10,147 nt of DNA from Vulcanimicrobiaceae bacterium (GTDB taxonomy: Bacteria; Vulcanimicrobiota; Vulcanimicrobiia; Vulcanimicrobiales; Vulcanimicrobiaceae), in NCBI GenBank assembly GCA_046262595.1, contig JBHEMM010000005.1, positions 24,609 through 34,755 on the forward strand, given 5' to 3'. This document shows positions 1 to 4,872 of the stretch, piece after piece (positions within the stretch are counted from its first letter, which is position 1; every line of letters begins with the position of its first letter). The translations under genes and the position numbers were made by a program. Under the pieces are notes generated by a model. It was not told where the DNA came from, made no database searches, and saw only the letters and a list, made by a program, of their open reading frames with translations.

Positions 1-1284
1 CCGCTGGGCAGCGGCCAGCTTGCTGCGCTCGCGGATCTGTACAACAACAAACTCAACGCGTACGGCGCGCAGTTGGACAACTTCGCCTCGTCGCTGGCCT
101 CTGAAGTGAACCGTATTACGACGGCGGGATACGATCAGAACGGCATCGCCGGCGCCGCACTGTTCCAACCGGTCGTCTCCGGCCTGCCGATTTCGGCGGG
201 CAACATCCAAGTGAACATCACGAACCCCTCGCAGCTGCCCGTGGCGCTCGCCTCGACGGCTGCCGGTTCGCTCGTGACGAACATGAATCTCGCCAACAAC
301 GTGGTGGATACGTCCGCACCGATCAACAACAGCGGTTCGCTCTCCGATCCGCCGCCGCCCGGCGGGATCAACGGCACGTGGACCGTTACCGCAGACGGCG
401 TCGCGCAGGCGTTTTCGTACAACACAAACACGACCGATACGTCCGTCGACGCGTTCATCAACCACTTTAACGGCGCGCACTTCGGCGTGACGGCGTCGTT
501 CGACGCGAGCGGCCAGCGTATCGTGTTCGCACGCGATCCGGCAAACACGGACCCGGTGCACCGAGCGGCGCAGCGCGCCGCAGGAACGCCCACGGATCCC
601 GCGTTCACCATCACCGACAGCAACAACCCGGCGACGCCGGGCGCCTCGCTTTTGGGAACACTCGGCGCATCCCGTATCCAGAGCGTCACGCAGAACGCCA
701 TGAACGCCTTCGGCTCCAACGACAACGGCGCGGCGAACGCGCTGCTCAAGTTGTTCAGCTCCAACGTGGGCGTCCCGTCGCTGCAGACGGCAAGCGCTGC
801 CGCGGTTGCAGCGCCCGGGAGCGCGACGATTGCGTTACCCGCCGGCTCCGGCGCAGTACGGGTCGGCGACGTGCTCACCGTGGACGCCTCGGCCGGCGGC
901 GGCGCTCCGCAGGAGAACGTCGTCGTCACCGCCGTGAGTGTCAATGCGCTCACGGGCGTCGAATCGTTCGCGGCGACGTTCAAAAACGCGCACGCACCAA
1001 ACTTTTCGGTCGCGTCGGCACAAGTGCAAACGCTCGGGCAGTATTACGGCGGGCTGGTCTCAGCAATGGGGATGGACACGCAAACGGCGATCGCGGGAGC
1101 CCAATCGCAGGCGACGTTGACGAGCAATATCGACAAAGCGCGCCAAGGCGTTGACGGCATCAACATCGATGAAGAAACGCAGAATTTGATAAAGTATCAA
1201 AACGCCTATCAGGCGACGGCACGGACGATCAGCGTGCTCGACTCGCTGCTCACCACCGTGATCAACAACCTCGGTGTGCATTAG
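1..1284 (+). CDS. flgK: Flagellar hook-associated protein 1 FlgK (5'-truncated by the window edge)
   Basis: Frame 1 is open from base 1 (PLGSGQLAALADLYNNKL...LDNFASSLASEVNRITTAGYD), so the ORF-track start at 73 is internal. The C-terminus matches the FlgK/axial-protein signature (GVDGINIDEETQNLIKYQNAYQATARTISVLDSLL). It lies directly upstream of flgL. Confidence 0.95.
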   Translation, partial: PLGSGQLAALADLYNNKLNAYGAQLDNFASSLASEVNRITTAGYDQNGIAGAALFQPVVSGLPISAGNIQVNITNPSQLPVALASTAAGSLVTNMNLANNVVDTSAPINNSGSLSDPPPPGGINGTWTVTADGVAQAFSYNTNTTDTSVDAFINHFNGAHFGVTASFDASGQRIVFARDPANTDPVHRAAQRAAGTPTDPAFTITDSNNPATPGASLLGTLGASRIQSVTQNAMNAFGSNDNGAANALLKLFSSNVGVPSLQTASAAAVAAPGSATIALPAGSGAVRVGDVLTVDASAGGGAPQENVVVTAVSVNALTGVESFAATFKNAHAPNFSVASAQVQTLGQYYGGLVSAMGMDTQTAIAGAQSQATLTSNIDKARQGVDGINIDEETQNLIKYQNAYQATARTISVLDSLLTTVINNLGVH

Positions 1285-1298
1285 GCATGGAGGCATAA
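1281..1298 (+). promoter_or_regulatory. flgL Shine-Dalgarno (GGAGG) inside a small hairpin with an AUGGAG loop; putative CsrA site
   Basis: TTA-G-GC-[ATGGAG]-GC-A-TAA: GC/GC closing pairs, one G.A mismatch, then TTA/TAA pairs. GGAGG at 1289-1293 precedes ATG 1302. The SD is clear; CsrA binding is inferred. Confidence 0.5.
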
Positions 1299-1301
1299 CG
1301 T

Positions 1302-2609
1302 ATGCGAATCGCAACTTCGACCGTTTACGACAACCAAGTTTCCTCGATGGACAACCTCGTCGTGCAGCAGCAGCAGTACGGAGCCGAGCTCTCATCGGGC
1401 AAGCAGCTCAACGCGCCCTCCGACGATCCGGCCAATATCAGCCAAGACCTCTCCGTGCGCACGGCAATCGCGCAAGAAAATCAGGGCTCGCGGAACATCC
1501 AAAATGCGAGCGCCGAATTAACCACCGTCGACGGGGCGCTCTCCTCGCTAAGCGATATCATGCAGAGCGCGCGCAGTATCGCCGTGCAGGGCGCTTCAGG
1601 CTTCGTCAACACAACGCAGCGCCAAGCGCTCGCGAGCCAGGTCGACAGCCTTTTGCAAGAGAGCGTTACGATCGCGAACACGAAGTACGCCGGAAAGTAT
1701 GTCTTCGCCGGAACGGCCGGCCCGTCGAGGCAGCCGGTGACGGCAAACGGCCAGCCGATTTCCTCTGTCGCTTTCGCTGGAAACTCGGCGGCGCAAACGC
1801 AGGAGCTGTATAACGGCGAGCGCATCTCGACGGGCGTTACGCTGCAGCAGGCGTTCAACTTTAAGAGTGCCGACGGGTCACCGGACGTTTTCCAAGCGCT
1901 TATCGCGCTGCGCAACACGTTAAGCGATCCGGCCGTGGTCTGCGCAAGCGCCGCACGCGTGAACGCTGCAAACACCGCATTCAGCGCTGGCCCGGTTCCC
2001 CCGGCCCAACCGATCGACACGGCGGGTATTCTCAGCACGCCGCTCGCCGCCGACGCGAACGGCAATGCGAACATTGAAATCACCTCGCCGTCCGCGGCGA
2101 ACGGCGTTACCATCGCCATTCCCGCCAATTCGACGGTGCCGGCGGTGCTGGCCGCCGTCAATGCGCAGACGGCGGCGACGGGCGTGAGCGCATCGTTCGA
2201 CTACCGGCGGCAGCTGTTCAGTTTGACCTCCGTTTCCGGCGCGTTTACGGTGACCGACATTGCCAGCGCGGGCGCGCCTTCCGCCGGAAACTTCACGACG
2301 GCGTTCGGCCTGCAGGCGCAAGCCGGTCTTTCCAGCGATTTGAGCCGCCAACTCGGCGATATCGACGGCGTGACACAGACGTTACTGAGCTCGCGTGCGT
2401 CGCTCGGCGGCACGATCCAATCGCTCACCGCCATGGGCACCAGCACCGATTCACAAGTAGTTAACGACACCAAGGTTCAGTCGGCCATTGAAGATGCCGA
2501 TATTGCAAAGGTAATCTCGCAGTTCTCGCAGACGCAAACGGCGCTGCAAGCAGCATACGGCACGACCACGCGTCTGGAGAGCAAAACGCTCTTCGACTAT
2601 CTACAGTAG
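1302..2609 (+). CDS. flgL: Flagellar hook-associated protein 3 FlgL (435 aa, with central insertion)
   Basis: N-terminus MRIAT...LSSGKQLNAPSDDPA, the ANTKYAGKYVFAGT motif, and C-terminus IEDADIAKVISQFSQTQTALQAAYGTTTRLESKTLFDYL are typical of FlgL. Good SD, and it follows flgK. Confidence 0.95.
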   Translation: MRIATSTVYDNQVSSMDNLVVQQQQYGAELSSGKQLNAPSDDPANISQDLSVRTAIAQENQGSRNIQNASAELTTVDGALSSLSDIMQSARSIAVQGASGFVNTTQRQALASQVDSLLQESVTIANTKYAGKYVFAGTAGPSRQPVTANGQPISSVAFAGNSAAQTQELYNGERISTGVTLQQAFNFKSADGSPDVFQALIALRNTLSDPAVVCASAARVNAANTAFSAGPVPPAQPIDTAGILSTPLAADANGNANIEITSPSAANGVTIAIPANSTVPAVLAAVNAQTAATGVSASFDYRRQLFSLTSVSGAFTVTDIASAGAPSAGNFTTAFGLQAQAGLSSDLSRQLGDIDGVTQTLLSSRASLGGTIQSLTAMGTSTDSQVVNDTKVQSAIEDADIAKVISQFSQTQTALQAAYGTTTRLESKTLFDYLQ

Positions 2610-2619
2610 GAGCTACGTT

Positions 2620-3114
2620 TTGGGACGCACGCAAAGCACGATGGAGCCCATGCAAACGACGATTGAGACCGCGCGCTTTGGCCGCGTGGCCTTCACCGCC
2701 GAAGAGACGATCGCGTTTCCATGGGGTCTGCCCGGGTTCGCCGGTCTGCACCGGTTCTTGGCGCTCTCGCTTACCGAGCAGCCGGGCTTCGTTTGGCTGC
2801 AGTCGGTAGACGAGCCATCGATCGCTCTTCCAGCGGCCGATCCGTGGACGATTTTTGCGGACTACGAGCCGCGTATGCCCGCGTACGCAACGCAGACGCT
2901 CGAGATCGCCGGCCCGGAAGACTTCACGATTTTGTGCATCGTGGTGGTCACCAAAGGCGCTGCCCAGATGACGATGAATCTCATGGCTCCCGTCATCATC
3001 AACCTGCGCACGCGGACGGCGCGCCAGGTTATGCTGGACAATTCCAACTACTCGGTGCGTGCGCCGATTCCGCGTAAAGATGCGCAGACGCAAGGCGCGC
3101 CGCAGCCGGCGTAG
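2620..3114 (+). CDS. fliW: Flagellar assembly factor FliW (CsrA antagonist, flagellin-binding)
   Basis: Motifs IETARFG, FPWGLPGF, WLQS, DPW and TMNLMAPVIIN...ARQVML are characteristic of FliW. TTG 2620 lies 7 nt after AGGAG (2608-2612), which overlaps the flgL stop; ATG 2641 or 2650 are alternative starts. Confidence 0.93.
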   Translation: MGRTQSTMEPMQTTIETARFGRVAFTAEETIAFPWGLPGFAGLHRFLALSLTEQPGFVWLQSVDEPSIALPAADPWTIFADYEPRMPAYATQTLEIAGPEDFTILCIVVVTKGAAQMTMNLMAPVIINLRTRTARQVMLDNSNYSVRAPIPRKDAQTQGAPQPA

Positions 3115-3152
3115 AACCTTTCTCGTACCCCCGCTCGATCGTGTTGTGGGGC

Positions 3153-3164
3153 GCCAAGGAGGGC
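3153..3164 (+). promoter_or_regulatory. csrA Shine-Dalgarno inside a GCC[AAGGAG]GGC hairpin; putative CsrA autoregulatory site
   Basis: A 3-bp all-GC stem presents an ANGGAN hexaloop that is also the SD for ATG 3168. Confidence 0.55.
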
Positions 3165-3167
3165 CGG

Positions 3168-3431
3168 ATGCTCGTTTTAAGCCGCAAAATCAATCAGTCC
3201 ATCATGGTGGGCGACAACGTCCGCGTCGTGGTGGTAGCCGTCGATCGCGACCAGGTGAAGTTGGGCATCGAAGCGCCCCGCGAGATCGCCGTCCATCGCT
3301 CGGAAATATACGAAGAAATTCAGCGTTCCAACCGGTCGGCTGCGGAGAACTCCGCCGAGCCTGGCGCCTCACCGCCATCGGTTGGTCCGGCGACGCTGAC
3401 GCCTCGCAAGAAACCGCTTAAAAACAAGTAG
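3168..3431 (+). CDS. csrA: Carbon storage regulator CsrA, FliW-regulated type with C-terminal extension (87 aa)
   Basis: MLVLSRKINQSIMVGD...VKLGIEAPREIAVHRSEIYEEIQ. Counting from ATG 3168 (preceded by SD AAGGAGG) gives Arg44 (RNA binding) and Asn55 (needed for FliW inhibition in B. subtilis). The ORF-track start at 3141 is too early. Confidence 0.97.
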   Translation: MLVLSRKINQSIMVGDNVRVVVVAVDRDQVKLGIEAPREIAVHRSEIYEEIQRSNRSAAENSAEPGASPPSVGPATLTPRKKPLKNK

Positions 3432-3438
3432 AAACTCC

Positions 3439-3465
3439 TAAAGTCGTACGGCGAGAAGCCGATAC
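3439..3465 (+). promoter_or_regulatory. Sigma-28 (FliA/SigD) promoter of the flagellin gene
   Basis: TAAA (3439-3442), exactly 15 nt, then GCCGATAC (3458-3465), against the consensus TAAA-N15-GCCGATAA. Predicted transcription start is about 3471-3473. Confidence 0.9.
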
Positions 3466-3471
3466 CAAATG

Positions 3472-3496
3472 CGAAGGGGACAGGACGTTCCCCTCG
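3472..3496 (+). promoter_or_regulatory. Flagellin 5'UTR hairpin carrying CsrA binding site 1 (ACAGGACGU)
   Basis: CGAAGGGGAC-[AGGAC]-GTTCCCCTCG forms a roughly 9-bp stem with GGA in the loop. It matches the CAGGA(U/A/C)G CsrA motif and resembles the upstream site of the B. subtilis hag leader. Confidence 0.8.
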
Positions 3497-3522
3497 ACTA
3501 TAGTCATTCACACGTGCGTGTG

Positions 3523-3534
3523 ATCATGGAGGAT
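3523..3534 (+). promoter_or_regulatory. Flagellin SD (GGAGG 3528-3532) overlapping CsrA binding site 2
   Basis: ATC-[ATGGAG]-GAT mini-hairpin; GGAGG lies 5 nt before ATG 3538. Confidence 0.75.
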
Positions 3535-3537
3535 AAC

Positions 3538-4788
3538 ATGTCGCAAGGTCTGAGTATCGCCAACAATTTGTTGGCTTCCCGCGTCCAGTACAACCTGGAC
3601 AACAATCAAGCGGCGTTAAAGAACACGGTAACGCAGCTTTCGAGCGGTCTGCGCATCAATTCGGCCGCTGACGATCCGTCCGGTTTAGCGATCGCCACGA
3701 ACCTGCAAACGCAGGTCGATGCATTTACTGCCGCTTCGCAGAACGTTCAGAACGCCAACAACGCGGCGCAAGTTGCGGATGGCGCACTCGCAACCGAAAC
3801 CGACATTCTGCAGCGCATCCGCAATCTTGCGGTTGAAGCCTCGAGCTCGATCAACAGCTCGTCGGACACGACGAACCTGCAGGCCGAAGTCTCGCAGCTG
3901 CTGCTTGAAGTCAACCGCATCTCGCAAAGCGTTTCGTTCAACGGCCAGCCGTTGCTCGACGGCAGCCATGCGGGCTTTCAGCCGTACGTGAGCGCAACGT
4001 ACGCCGTCACGAACAACTCCGTGCTGGCGCAGGCCGGCGTTACCTCGGGCAGCGGCAATCTGGTTGCCGGCGTTTCGGAGAACGTCACGAGCGGCGGCGG
4101 CGGCGTCGTGTTCGACACGACGGCAAGCGGCGCGGTCGACGGCACTATCGAACTGCAAGTGATCAACACGAGCAGCACGACGGTCGGCGTCGAAGTGCAG
4201 TTCCTCTCCAGCGCCAGCGGTTCGGCGGCTACGGCCACCGTGTACGCTGCAAGCGCTGGTGCCAACACGACGGTCAACGTCGACGGCCTGACGATCACCA
4301 TCGGCAACGTGTCGCTCGCGGACGCCGGCACGACGGCGTACCTGAAGGTCAGCCAGGCGGTTTCGGCGACCAGCTCCGCTTCGGGCGCCTTCACGATTCA
4401 GTCAGGGTCTGCCGAAGGCGACACGGTGCAGATCGGCATCCAAGCCACCAACGCGCAAACGCTGCGCATCTCCAACATCAACATCGCGAACACCAATTCG
4501 CCGGTGCTCGCCGCTGAAGATGCGGTCGGACAAATCGACAACGCCTTGCAGACGCTGCTCAACCAGCGCGCGCAGCTCGGGGCCGTTATCGTCCGCCTCA
4601 ACGAAGATGCCAACAACGACTCCATCGCGTCGGTCAACCTGCAAGCGTCCGAGTCCGCGATCCGCGACCTCAACGTGGGCCAGGCAACGACCGAGTTCAC
4701 GAAACTGCAAGTGCTCGTCCAAGTCGGCACCTCGGTGCTCGCTCAGTCGAACGTCAACGCGCAGTCGGTCGTGGGGCTGTTCCGCTAG
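3538..4788 (+). CDS. fliC: Flagellin (416 aa)
   Basis: N-terminal LSSGLRINSAADDPSGLAIA, ILQRIRNLAVEAS and EVNRIS...FNGQPLLDG; C-terminal RAQLGA...NLQASESAIRD...VLAQSN. Sigma-28 promoter and SD define the start as ATG 3538, not 3469. Ends in tandem stops TAG TAA. Confidence 0.97.
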   Translation: MSQGLSIANNLLASRVQYNLDNNQAALKNTVTQLSSGLRINSAADDPSGLAIATNLQTQVDAFTAASQNVQNANNAAQVADGALATETDILQRIRNLAVEASSSINSSSDTTNLQAEVSQLLLEVNRISQSVSFNGQPLLDGSHAGFQPYVSATYAVTNNSVLAQAGVTSGSGNLVAGVSENVTSGGGGVVFDTTASGAVDGTIELQVINTSSTTVGVEVQFLSSASGSAATATVYAASAGANTTVNVDGLTITIGNVSLADAGTTAYLKVSQAVSATSSASGAFTIQSGSAEGDTVQIGIQATNAQTLRISNINIANTNSPVLAAEDAVGQIDNALQTLLNQRAQLGAVIVRLNEDANNDSIASVNLQASESAIRDLNVGQATTEFTKLQVLVQVGTSVLAQSNVNAQSVVGLFR

Positions 4789-4811
4789 TAAACGGGCAAC
4801 CAGCCTTGAAG

Positions 4812-4846
4812 AAAGGGTCGCGAGTAATCGCGGCCCTTTTCTTTTT
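4812..4846 (+). terminator. Rho-independent terminator after fliC
   Basis: Stem GGGTCGCGA (4815-4823) / TCGCGGCCC (4828-4836) with one G.U pair, GTAA (GNRA) loop, followed by TTTTCTTTTT. The upstream A-rich run can extend the stem. Confidence 0.92.
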
Positions 4847-4872
4847 GAGCCGAAAAACCGATATCCCTAACG

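Noticed and set aside
349..360. Short trinucleotide runs (CCG at 349-360, CAG at 1365-1376, GGC at 4093-4104) as phase-variation tracts
   Set aside because: Only about four units each, in frame, encoding PPPP, QQQQ and GGGG; slippage would not switch genes off.
3141..3167. GTG 3141 start for csrA
   Set aside because: CsrA proteins begin MLVL; the SD AAGGAGG sits in front of ATG 3168.
3508..3523. TCACA-N6-TGTGA as a CRP/FNR-family site
   Set aside because: The half-sites are in the reverse order of the CRP consensus TGTGA-N6-TCACA; an RNA hairpin in the leader explains it better.
3469..3537. ORF-track N-terminal extension of flagellin
   Set aside because: It starts at or before the predicted transcription start and covers the structured leader; the SD supports ATG 3538.
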